Shown in pieces: positions 56,759-64,000 of a stretch of 64,000 nt of DNA. A model generated the notes under the pieces. That model worked only from the letters and a program-made list of their open reading frames with translations, was not told where the DNA came from and did no database searches. The DNA comes from Bacillota bacterium (lineage in GTDB: Bacteria; Bacillota; Negativicutes; Sporomusales; CTSoil-080), in NCBI GenBank assembly GCA_017889625.1, contig JAGGAD010000002.1:39761-103760 (forward strand). Reading direction: 5' to 3'. Every line of letters begins with the position of its first letter. Positions within the stretch are counted from its first letter, which is position 1. Made by a program: the position numbers and the translations under genes.

Positions 56759-57376
56759 TTGAAAAAAGTATTACTAGTAAATGGAAGTCCACATAAGGAG
56801 GGGTGTGTCTATACTGCTCTATCAGAAGTGGCGGATTCATTAGGAAAGAATGGCATTGAAACACAAATATATCACATCGGTGTAAAACCAGTACATGGTT
56901 GTATTGCCTGTGGTAAGTGCGCAGAATTAGGCAAATGTGTATTTAAAGATGATGTGTGCAATGAACTTTTAGGCCTTATGCAACAGGCAGATGGTATTGT
57001 AATTGGATCACCGGTATACTACGCAGGGCCAAATGGGTCATTGTGTGCATTGCTTGACCGTATTTTTTATTCTGCTAATGGAAAGCTTAGTAATAAACCG
57101 GCAGCAGCAGTTGTAAGTTGCAGACGTGGCGGTGCAAGTGCAGCCTTTGACCGATTAAACAAATATTTTACAATAAGTCATATGCCAATTGTCTCATCGC
57201 AGTATTGGAATTCTGTACATGGATTAACTCCAGAAGATGTAAAGAAAGATTTAGAAGGTTTGCAAACAATGAGAACCCTTGGAAATAACATGGCATGGCT
57301 GATTAATAGTATTGATAAGGCAAATTTAAATGTTCCAGAAAAAGAAGAATGGATACCGACACATTTTATTAGATAA
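56759..57376 (+). CDS. Flavodoxin-fold NADPH-dependent FMN reductase / iron-sulfur flavoprotein (Isf-like)
   Basis: Contains LLVNGSPHKEG and the compact Cys motif CIACGKCAELGKC (CxxCxxCx5C). TTG at 56759 lies 7 nt after GGGAGGG. The track start is 56732. Confidence 0.75.
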   Translation: MKKVLLVNGSPHKEGCVYTALSEVADSLGKNGIETQIYHIGVKPVHGCIACGKCAELGKCVFKDDVCNELLGLMQQADGIVIGSPVYYAGPNGSLCALLDRIFYSANGKLSNKPAAAVVSCRRGGASAAFDRLNKYFTISHMPIVSSQYWNSVHGLTPEDVKKDLEGLQTMRTLGNNMAWLINSIDKANLNVPEKEEWIPTHFIR

Positions 57377-57394
57377 ATAAGAGGAGAATAGACA

Positions 57395-57682
57395 ATGATA
57401 GTAGTATATGCAAATTGTAATGTTAGTGATGATAATATAGAAAAATATATTGCATTGGCAGAAACGTTAATCGAAGCAACTAGAAAAGAAGCTGGAAATA
57501 TTAGCTATGAATTAATACGAGGAATGGAAAATAGGAATCTATTTGCTTTTTTGGAAAGATGGGAAGATAAAGATGTCTTAGCTACTCATATGAATACCAA
57601 TCACTTTAAAACAATAGTTCCTCAATTAGGTGACTTAGTTGATGGAGATATGCAAATTAATGTACATGAAATAGTGATTTAA
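57395..57682 (+). CDS. Antibiotic biosynthesis monooxygenase (ABM) family protein
   Basis: A 95-aa protein. ISYELIRGMENRNLFAFLERWEDKDVLATHMNTNHFK is typical of the ABM dimeric alpha-beta barrel. RBS is AAGAGGAG. Confidence 0.8.
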   Translation: MIVVYANCNVSDDNIEKYIALAETLIEATRKEAGNISYELIRGMENRNLFAFLERWEDKDVLATHMNTNHFKTIVPQLGDLVDGDMQINVHEIVI

Positions 57683-57704
57683 TGAATAGAGGAAAATAAA
57701 ACAA

Positions 57705-59022
57705 GCCCTGCCTATTATTTTGCCAATGAGCAAGCCAGGTTATAGAATAATAACAAGGGGGCAAAAGCATGGGACTATTCACCAAAGAACAAATCGGCGG
57801 ACTCATAAAAGAACGGAATATGAAGACAACAGATGATATTTCCTCAATGCTCAAAGATCTGTTCAGTGAAACTTTGCAAGAAATGCTGGAAGCTGAAATG
57901 GATACCACTCTAGGATACTCAAAAAATCAGACTACTGCTAAGTCCAGCAGCAATCGTCGCAATGGGCACAGCAAAAAGACTATTGTTAGTGAATATGGCG
58001 ATAGTGAAATTGCCATACCGCGTGATCGTGATGGGGAGCATGAGCCCTTAATCGTAAAAAAACATCAGAAAAATCTAACTGGTATTGAGGAACAAATCAT
58101 TGCATTATATAGCAAAGGAATGACTGTAAGAGATATTCAAGATCATCTGAATCAGATGTATGGGATAGACGTATCACCTACCTTGATATCCAACGTAACC
58201 AATAAGTTAATGCCCATTATCAAAGAATGGCAAAATCGGCCGCTTGAAAAAACCTACGCAGTGGTCTTTCTAGACGCAATCCATTACAAGGTGCGACAGG
58301 AAGGCGCTATCGTCAATAAGGCAGCCTATATGGTTATAGGTATTGATCTAGACGGACGCAAAGATGTACTTGGCATGTGGATTGGCGAACACGAGACTTC
58401 AAAATTCTGGTTAGTAGTTCTCAATGAATTACGTAACCGTGGCGTTCTGGATATTCTTATCTGTTGCGTCGATAATCTAAACGGATTTAGCGAAGCCATT
58501 GCCGCGAGTTTTCCAGCAGCAGAGATTCAAAAATGCATAGTTCATCAGATTCGTAATTCGGTTCGCTATGTTTCATATAAAGATGTAAAAAAGGTTCTTG
58601 CCGATCTAAAGCCAATTTATACAGCTGCATCTGAGATTCTAGCTCTCGAATCATTAGATAGCTTTGAGGCTTGCTGGGGGAAAAAATACCCTCTAATAGT
58701 CAATTCTTGGCGAACAAACTGGGCTGAATTATCAACTTTCTTTAAGTATCCGCCTGAGATACGAAAAATCATTTATACGACCAATATGATTGAGAGTTAT
58801 CATAGGCAATTACGTAAAGTGACTAAAGGAAAAAGTATTTTTCCAAATGATGAATCACTACAGAAGATGCTTTACTTAGCTACTATGGATGTTTTGCGCA
58901 AATGGACAGGCAGGGTCCAAAACTGGGGGCAGATTCTTTTACAACTGTCCGTATTTTTCCCTGATAAAGTTAAATCCTCATTAGTTTAAAAAGGGGAAAA
59001 GCACAAAACTATTTACAGACCC
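57705..59022 (+). mobile_element. IS256-family insertion sequence (ends approximate)
   Basis: A single transposase ORF sits about 65 nt from the proposed left end, and the proposed right end lies about 33 nt after its stop. The ~1.3-kb size is typical of the family. The imperfect terminal inverted similarity (GCCCTGCCTATTATTTTG vs the reverse complement GGGTCTGTAAATAGTTTTG) is weak. No flanking target duplication was found for these ends. Confidence 0.6.
57769..58989 (+). CDS. IS256 family (Transposase_mut) transposase
   Basis: The DDE contexts VVFLDAIHYKVRQEG, LICCVDNLNGFSEAI and YTTNMIESYHRQLRKVTK are present. Confidence 0.9.
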   Translation: MGLFTKEQIGGLIKERNMKTTDDISSMLKDLFSETLQEMLEAEMDTTLGYSKNQTTAKSSSNRRNGHSKKTIVSEYGDSEIAIPRDRDGEHEPLIVKKHQKNLTGIEEQIIALYSKGMTVRDIQDHLNQMYGIDVSPTLISNVTNKLMPIIKEWQNRPLEKTYAVVFLDAIHYKVRQEGAIVNKAAYMVIGIDLDGRKDVLGMWIGEHETSKFWLVVLNELRNRGVLDILICCVDNLNGFSEAIAASFPAAEIQKCIVHQIRNSVRYVSYKDVKKVLADLKPIYTAASEILALESLDSFEACWGKKYPLIVNSWRTNWAELSTFFKYPPEIRKIIYTTNMIESYHRQLRKVTKGKSIFPNDESLQKMLYLATMDVLRKWTGRVQNWGQILLQLSVFFPDKVKSSLV

Positions 59023-59138
59023 GCCTATTACTGATGATTGTAGACAATTTGGCAGATACTGAACCTGCTGCCCAGCATACCCGGGAGATTTTGGCAGCTA
59101 TTGCAAGATACGGCTACCGTTTAATAGAATATTTTAAA

Positions 59139-59187
59139 AGTCTTCGTTCTGTGCCAAGCTTTTTCGGCTCAAACGGGGACTTTTTTA
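59139..59187 (+). terminator. Intrinsic terminator candidate downstream of the IS
   Basis: A 10-bp stem (59139-59148 / 59172-59181, two G-U pairs) with a 23-nt loop, followed by TTTTTT. Confidence 0.45.
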
Positions 59188-59254
59188 TTTAATATCTAAA
59201 TAGCAAACACTTCTTTTGGCAATAATAACAGTACCAGCGGTTTTGGAGGCCTAA

Positions 59255-59779
59255 ATGAATAAAATTAGTAATTTAATTGGCCTACCGGTGTTAGCTTTAG
59301 TAAGCGGCTTAGAAGTAGGGCGAGTTCGTGAGGTAGTTTTAGATTATAAGCGAGCCGTATTGTGCGGAGTAATAGTCAGCGAAGCAACTTGGTTTGATTA
59401 TGTCCGCGGTATTTTATATGAAGATATAGTCAAACTGGGAGCAAATGCTATCTCTATTCATGATACTAGTGTAGTAAGAGATTTTTCCAAGTTACTTGAC
59501 ACAACCGGCATACATGCTCTACAAGCACTTGTCGGCAAAGAACTCTATTCAGTTAATGGTAATTATTTGGGAATTTTAGCTGACTTTATGGTTGACATGC
59601 CTTCCGGTTGTATAAAATTAATTGAGTTGTCCGATGGGCTGGTAACTGACTTTATTTATGGCCGTACAGCTATACCGCTGGATGCCGGATTGGCTATAGA
59701 GCAAGAACGGCTGGTTGTGTCAGAAAAAATGTACGGACTCGTACAGGCCCTAAATGATAAGTCTGGTGAGGTGGAATGA
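59255..59779 (+). CDS. PRC-barrel domain protein (two PRC-like halves)
   Basis: LIGLPVLALVSGLEVGRVREVVLD and a second LVGKELYSVNGNYLGILADFMVD are PRC-barrel-like. RBS is TGGAGG. Confidence 0.7.
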   Translation: MNKISNLIGLPVLALVSGLEVGRVREVVLDYKRAVLCGVIVSEATWFDYVRGILYEDIVKLGANAISIHDTSVVRDFSKLLDTTGIHALQALVGKELYSVNGNYLGILADFMVDMPSGCIKLIELSDGLVTDFIYGRTAIPLDAGLAIEQERLVVSEKMYGLVQALNDKSGEVE

Positions 59780-59962
59780 TTGAATAACTGTCCGGTATGC
59801 GGTGCAAGGGCAATCGGCAAAGTTGGTATTGATCAGTTCTTTTGTTGGGAGTGTTGTGTTGAGTTCATGTACAAAGGCCAAGATGTGAAAATTTTTCATG
59901 TCGAAGCGGATGGAAATCTAATTTCGTATGATGATTATCTACAGTCTATAGCCAATATGTAG
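59780..59962 (+). CDS. Small zinc-ribbon protein (60 aa)
   Basis: Two CxxC pairs are present (CPVCGARA...CWECC). The TTG start directly abuts the PRC stop (TGATTG), and the RBS GGTGAGGTGGA lies inside the PRC 3' end. Confidence 0.45.
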   Translation: MNNCPVCGARAIGKVGIDQFFCWECCVEFMYKGQDVKIFHVEADGNLISYDDYLQSIANM

Positions 59963-59979
59963 TTCTAGGAGGGAATAGC

Positions 59980-60174
59980 ATGCGAAACGGTTTTTGGAAT
60001 GGTATGATTTTGGGTGGTATTTTGGCTACGGCTTTTACTGCTGCTTTGAGTCCGTTGGCTCGGCCCAGAAAGAAGCCATTGGCGGAACGAAGTGCTTGTG
60101 CCATTAAGTCTACGACGAAAAATTTCATGCGTGAAGCTCGCCGAACCCGTAACCGTATTATGAAGAAGATGTAA
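59980..60174 (+). CDS. Small membrane protein with a highly basic tail (YtxH-like?)
   Basis: A 64-aa protein with one TM segment (GMILGGILATAFTAAL) and a Lys/Arg-rich C-terminus. RBS is TAGGAGGGA. A terminator follows immediately. Confidence 0.45.
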   Translation: MRNGFWNGMILGGILATAFTAALSPLARPRKKPLAERSACAIKSTTKNFMREARRTRNRIMKKM

Positions 60175-60207
60175 AGAAAAGACTTGGCGTTAGGCCAAGT
60201 CTTTTCT
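60175..60207 (+). terminator. Intrinsic terminator
   Basis: GAAAAGACTTGGC-GTTAG-GCCAAGTCTTTTC. Confidence 0.75.
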
Positions 60208-60243
60208 CATAAAACGATAATTTGTATAGCATAAGGCAGGGCT

Positions 60244-61275
60244 ATGAATATGTTTTCACGGGTTCAAATACGGTGGGGAATCGTTATTTTTATTTTTATC
60301 ATAACTGCTTATTTTATCTGGCTGGTGCGAAGCTCGTTATACCCGTTTATTCTGGCGTTATTTATAGCGTATCTATTAAATCCGCTAGTAAACTATGTCG
60401 TCTATAAGGGTAATCTGAAACGAGACTGGGCAATCGTCTGGGTTTACCTTGTGATATTTTGTGCCATTATTTTAGGCGGCAGTCTTTTTGTGCCGTTGTT
60501 GATTCGTGAATTTGAAGGGTTTATTGGTGATTTACCGACGATAACTGCTAAAGGAGAGGGGTTAATTCAGTATGTGCAATTAACCTATCAAAATTATGTC
60601 TTGCCACAGTCAGTGCGCACTGCTTTGGACAGCGGCCTAGTCAGTTTGGGGACTGACGTTCAGCAACTGGCGAATGATGCGGTAGCAGCCGTTGTGGTTA
60701 TTCTTACCCATATTGTGGGGTTAGTTATAAGTCCGATATTAGCGTTTTATCTTTTGCATGATTGGGAGGAACTTGCGGTACAAGTCCGGTGTTTGTTGCC
60801 GGGGCGGTGGCGAACGGAAGTGTGTGCGATGCTAAGTGATATTGATGAAGTACTTTCGGGGATAATACGGGGCCAAATGACCATTGCAATTATTGTCGGA
60901 ATTTTAGTCAGTAGTGGACTTTATATCTTGGGAGTGCGTTATGCCCTGATTATTGGAATTTTAGCGGGGATTCTTGATGTTATCCCGTATTTCGGTGCCG
61001 TTATCGGCGGTCTGCCGGCGGTAACGGTAGCGCTTTTAGAATCGCCGCTTTTAGCGGCTAAGACTACGGCCTTATTATTCGTTATTCATCAGTTGGAAGG
61101 CACGATCATTGGTCCAAAAATTTTAGGAGAAACGACGGGCCTTAACCCGTTATCAGTTATTCTGGTGTTGTTCATTGGCGAAACATTAGCAGGGCTAATG
61201 GGCATGTTATTTGCAGTTCCCGTATTAGCCGTGAGTAAAGTTGTGTTTAGACATCTTATAAAAGCTCTCATTTAA
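60244..61275 (+). CDS. AI-2E family transporter (PerM/YrrI-like), copy 2
   Basis: It has 8 TM segments. DVIPYFGAVIGGLPAVTVAL is typical of the AI-2E family. It sits upstream of alaS, as yrrI does in B. subtilis. Confidence 0.85.
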   Translation: MNMFSRVQIRWGIVIFIFIITAYFIWLVRSSLYPFILALFIAYLLNPLVNYVVYKGNLKRDWAIVWVYLVIFCAIILGGSLFVPLLIREFEGFIGDLPTITAKGEGLIQYVQLTYQNYVLPQSVRTALDSGLVSLGTDVQQLANDAVAAVVVILTHIVGLVISPILAFYLLHDWEELAVQVRCLLPGRWRTEVCAMLSDIDEVLSGIIRGQMTIAIIVGILVSSGLYILGVRYALIIGILAGILDVIPYFGAVIGGLPAVTVALLESPLLAAKTTALLFVIHQLEGTIIGPKILGETTGLNPLSVILVLFIGETLAGLMGMLFAVPVLAVSKVVFRHLIKALI

Positions 61276-61366
61276 ATTTATTGCTCACACCGAAAAAACT
61301 AGAAAAACACTGTAAAAATGCATGTGTAACAACCTTTGGATATGGGGAAATGAAAACAGACACTGA

Positions 61367-61395
61367 TTGACAATAGTGCCTAAATTATGTATAAT
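61367..61395 (+). promoter_or_regulatory. Consensus sigma-A promoter for alaS
   Basis: TTGACA (61367-61372), a 17-nt spacer, and TATAAT (61390-61395). Confidence 0.65.
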
Positions 61396-61435
61396 CGGAA
61401 AGAATATTTGCCGTAAACAATGGAGGTTGATTGCA

Positions 61436-64000
61436 TTGACCGGAAACGAGCTGCGGAAAGAATTCTTGCAGTTTTTTGCTAGTAAAGGGCATTTAGTTAT
61501 GCCTAGTCACTCACTTATTCCTGAAAACGATCCTACGTTATTGTTAATTGGAGCTGGCATGGCTCCGTTTAAACCTTTTTTTACAGGAAAAATGAAACCG
61601 CCTAGTACCCGTATTTGCAGCAGTCAGCGCTGCGTGCGTACTGGTGACATTGAAAATGTTGGACGGACAGCTCGCCATCATACTTTTTTTGAAATGCTGG
61701 GGAACTTTTCCTTTGGGGATTATTTTAAACAAGATGCCATTGCCTGGGCGTGGGAATTTATTACCGATCGTCTGAAAATAGAAAAAGATCGGTTGTGGGT
61801 TACAATTCACCCTAGTGATGATGAAGCATTCGAAATTTGGCATAATACTATTAAGGTACCTGCTGAAAGAATTATTCGTTTAGAAGATAACTTTTGGGAA
61901 ATCGGTCCGGGACCATGCGGACCTTGTTCGGAGATTTATGTTGACTTAGGGCCTGAACGGGGTTGTGGTAAACCAGATTGCGGTGTCGGCTGTGATTGCG
62001 ACCGATATTTAGAAATTTGGAATCTTGTATTTACCCAATATGACCGGGATGAAGCTGGCAACTATACGCCGCTGGCGAAAAAAAATATTGATACCGGTGC
62101 TGGACTAGAACGTATCGCCTCGGTACTACAAAATAAAAAAACTAATTTTGAAACCGATTTGTTATTTCCAATTATTGAATACATGATGAAAGTTGCCGGA
62201 GTTACATACGGAGTTCAAGATAAAACTGACGTATCGCTTAAAGTTATCGCCGACCATGGCCGGAGCATGACGGTAATGATTGCTGATGGCATTTTGCCGT
62301 CTAATGAGGGACGTGGCTATGTACTTCGCCGTATATTGCGCCGAGCGGTTCGGCATGGACGGTTAATGGGCGTAGACAAGCCGTTTTTAGCGGGTATCGT
62401 TGATATTGTTGCTGAGCTCTTTATTGATGCGTTCCCGGAAATTAAGGCCAAGCTTGATTACATCAAGAAAGTAATTCAATTGGAAGAAGAACGGTTCAAC
62501 ACTACTTTGCTCCAAGGTATTGACCTGTTGAATAAACAAATCCAAGAAATGAAAACGGCTAAGCAAAACGTGTTAGACGGCGCAACGGCGTTTAAACTAT
62601 ATGATACTTTTGGCTTCCCGTGGGAACTTACGCAAGAAATATTGGACGAGCAGGGCTTGGCTTTGGATAAAACAGCATTTGATCAGGCGATGGATGAACA
62701 ACGGGAACGGGCCCGGGCTGCCCGCCAGGAGAATGAGCGGATTGATCTGCCAGATTTATCTGGTGTAGTTACATCCGATCTGCGGTGTGACTATGCGGCA
62801 ACAAACGGAAAAATAGCGATTATTGTAAAAAATGGTCAGGTTGTCACTGAGGCTCACGACGGCGAAGACGTTCTGGTAATGCTGGATGTTACTCCGTTTT
62901 ATGCTGAAAGCGGCGGCCAATTGGGTGACAGTGGTTTTATTAATGGCCCGATTGGCAAAATGACTGTAGTTACAGCAAAAAAATTGCCTGACGGTACAAT
63001 TTACCACATTGGTCAAGTAACTGAAGGGGCCCTTAAAACCGGGGATCAAGTTGCGCTGGCGATTAATACCGAAAGACGTGCCGCTAGCACTCGCAACCAT
63101 ACGGCAACTCATTTGCTGCAGGCGGCGCTAAAAGAAGTGTTGGGAACTCATGTTAATCAGGCCGGTTCGTTGGTTGGTCCGGAACGCTTAAGATTTGACT
63201 TCTCGCATTTTGCGCAGGTAACTAGTGATGAATTAGCTCAGGTAGAAAAACGAGTTAATCAGGTTATTCTCGAGCATTTAGCGGTTAATATTATTGAAAC
63301 AACCCAAGCCGCCGCGAAAGAAATGGGCGCGATGGCCTTATTCGGTGAAAAATATGGCGACATAGTTCGGGTGGTCATGGCCGGTGATTATAGTAAGGAA
63401 CTGTGTGGCGGTACTCATGTCGCTAACACTGCGGAAATAGGGTTATTCAAAATCGTTGCTGAAGCCGGTATTGGGGCCGGGGTAAGAAGAATTGAAGCTG
63501 TAACCGGGTTGGGTGCTCATGAATATATTAACAATCACGAAGATATTTTAACCCAAGCTGCTAAGACGTTAAAAACCCGTCCAGAAGATTTAGTTAGTCG
63601 TCTGGAAGGTTTGCACGCTGAGCTAAAAACAATTGAGCATGAATTAGCGGCCGCAAACACCAGACTGGCTAAATTGGTGGTACAAGAATTATTGGATAAC
63701 GTCTTAACCATCAACGAGGTCAAGGTTATAACCGCTGAAGTAAATGCTACGGATATGGATGATTTAAGAAAAATGGGCGACATGGTACGGGATCGTATTG
63801 GTACCGGCGTGGTTGTACTTGGTGCAGTTATTGGTGACAAAGTAAACTTTACCGCGATGGCTACTGCTGATGCGGTTAAGAAAGGCGTTCATGCCGGTAA
63901 TGTTGTCAAAGCGGCGGCCTTAACGGCAGGTGGCGGCGGTGGTGGTCGTCCGGATATGGCTCAGGCCGGCGGCAAACATCCGGAAAAATTAGCTGAAGCG
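61436..64000 (+). CDS. alaS: Alanine--tRNA ligase, 3'-truncated by window edge
   Basis: TTG at 61436 lies 9 nt after GGAGG. Contains TGNELRKEFLQFFASKGH, FFEMLGNFSFGDYFK and HTATHLL. The frame is open to base 64000. This ORF is not in the ORF track because it lacks a stop within the window. Confidence 0.97.
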   Translation, partial: MTGNELRKEFLQFFASKGHLVMPSHSLIPENDPTLLLIGAGMAPFKPFFTGKMKPPSTRICSSQRCVRTGDIENVGRTARHHTFFEMLGNFSFGDYFKQDAIAWAWEFITDRLKIEKDRLWVTIHPSDDEAFEIWHNTIKVPAERIIRLEDNFWEIGPGPCGPCSEIYVDLGPERGCGKPDCGVGCDCDRYLEIWNLVFTQYDRDEAGNYTPLAKKNIDTGAGLERIASVLQNKKTNFETDLLFPIIEYMMKVAGVTYGVQDKTDVSLKVIADHGRSMTVMIADGILPSNEGRGYVLRRILRRAVRHGRLMGVDKPFLAGIVDIVAELFIDAFPEIKAKLDYIKKVIQLEEERFNTTLLQGIDLLNKQIQEMKTAKQNVLDGATAFKLYDTFGFPWELTQEILDEQGLALDKTAFDQAMDEQRERARAARQENERIDLPDLSGVVTSDLRCDYAATNGKIAIIVKNGQVVTEAHDGEDVLVMLDVTPFYAESGGQLGDSGFINGPIGKMTVVTAKKLPDGTIYHIGQVTEGALKTGDQVALAINTERRAASTRNHTATHLLQAALKEVLGTHVNQAGSLVGPERLRFDFSHFAQVTSDELAQVEKRVNQVILEHLAVNIIETTQAAAKEMGAMALFGEKYGDIVRVVMAGDYSKELCGGTHVANTAEIGLFKIVAEAGIGAGVRRIEAVTGLGAHEYINNHEDILTQAAKTLKTRPEDLVSRLEGLHAELKTIEHELAAANTRLAKLVVQELLDNVLTINEVKVITAEVNATDMDDLRKMGDMVRDRIGTGVVVLGAVIGDKVNFTAMATADAVKKGVHAGNVVKAAALTAGGGGGGRPDMAQAGGKHPEKLAEA

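Noticed and set aside
57710-59030. The 8-bp direct repeat GCCTATTA flanking the transposase, considered as an IS256 target-site duplication.
   Set aside because: The element ends implied by this repeat (57718 and 59022) show no terminal inverted repeat. The repeat may be coincidental or part of the inverted-repeat region. The IS boundaries are therefore reported only approximately.
59023-59192. A 57-codon open frame downstream of the IS (…VDNLADTEPAAQHTREILAAIARYGYRLIEYFKSL…) considered as an orphan C-terminal gene fragment.
   Set aside because: Not called as a feature. The frame runs straight through the terminator hairpin and the T-run. An open frame of this length can arise by chance, and no matching 5' half exists on the other side of the IS. 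It is mentioned only within the IS finding.
1-64000. A search by eye for CRISPR arrays, tRNA/rRNA genes, T-box or other riboswitch leaders, prophage genes and defence or toxin-antitoxin modules. The many antisense or alternate-frame track ORFs inside long genes were also considered, for example 3553-3864, 8865-9215, 22396-22821, 25041-25397, 26139-26531, 29686-29970, 33207-33629, 34579-35004, 55259-55549 and 62756-63112.
   Set aside because: I saw no spaced direct-repeat array, no tRNA-like T-arm/acceptor pattern and no leader-sized gap before the aaRS genes. The alaS 5' UTR is only about 35 nt. The listed ORFs lie wholly within well-supported genes on the opposite strand or in another frame, lack RBSs and have low-complexity translations, so they are treated as shadow ORFs.

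Overview
This is a 64-kb chromosomal window from an endospore-forming Firmicute: spoIIIAB-AH, spoIVB and spo0A are all present. The core gene order mirrors two synteny blocks known from Bacillus and Clostridia. Block 1 (1-27.5 kb, all + strand) holds spoIIIAB-AH, asp23-amaP-DUF2273, nusB, a TsaD/Kae1-like paralog, xseA-xseB-ispA, a DUF212 protein, dxs, tlyA, nadK, an mnmM-like gene, argR, recN, spoIVB, spo0A, miaB, mutS-mutL, an RsmJ-like methyltransferase and miaA-hfq. Block 2 (36.9-64 kb) holds a YrvD-like LapA-domain protein, recJ, apt, relA, dtd, an MBL hydrolase, an AI-2E permease, a Fur-family regulator, hemZ, hisS and aspS. These are followed by a structured sRNA with its own promoter and terminator (6S RNA is the leading guess from synteny), an orphan HTH-PBP regulator, rarA, and an Rrf2 regulator with nifS-nifU-mnmA. 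Block 2 ends with a PRC-barrel/Zn-ribbon/small-membrane trio, a second AI-2E permease and alaS, which runs off the window. Between the blocks lies a ~9-kb accessory stretch (27.5-36.7 kb). It contains an SDR, an NCS1-like membrane protein, a DUF456 protein and a zinc-less MDR dehydrogenase. It also contains a GtrA/GT2/GT-C/PAP2 polyprenyl-phosphate glycosylation operon and a minus-strand secreted class-3 lipase. A second small accessory patch (56.7-59.2 kb) is a visibly AT-rich Isf-like flavoprotein plus ABM monooxygenase pair abutting an IS256-family element. Only two confident genes are on the minus strand (the lipase and the HTH-PBP regulator). I found no CRISPR array, tRNA, rRNA, prophage, or recognisable defence or toxin system, so the novelty candidates are modest and are listed with caveats. 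All calls rest on reading ORF translations for family motifs, inspecting start sites and RBSs, and drawing hairpins and promoters by eye. No database search or folding computation was possible.
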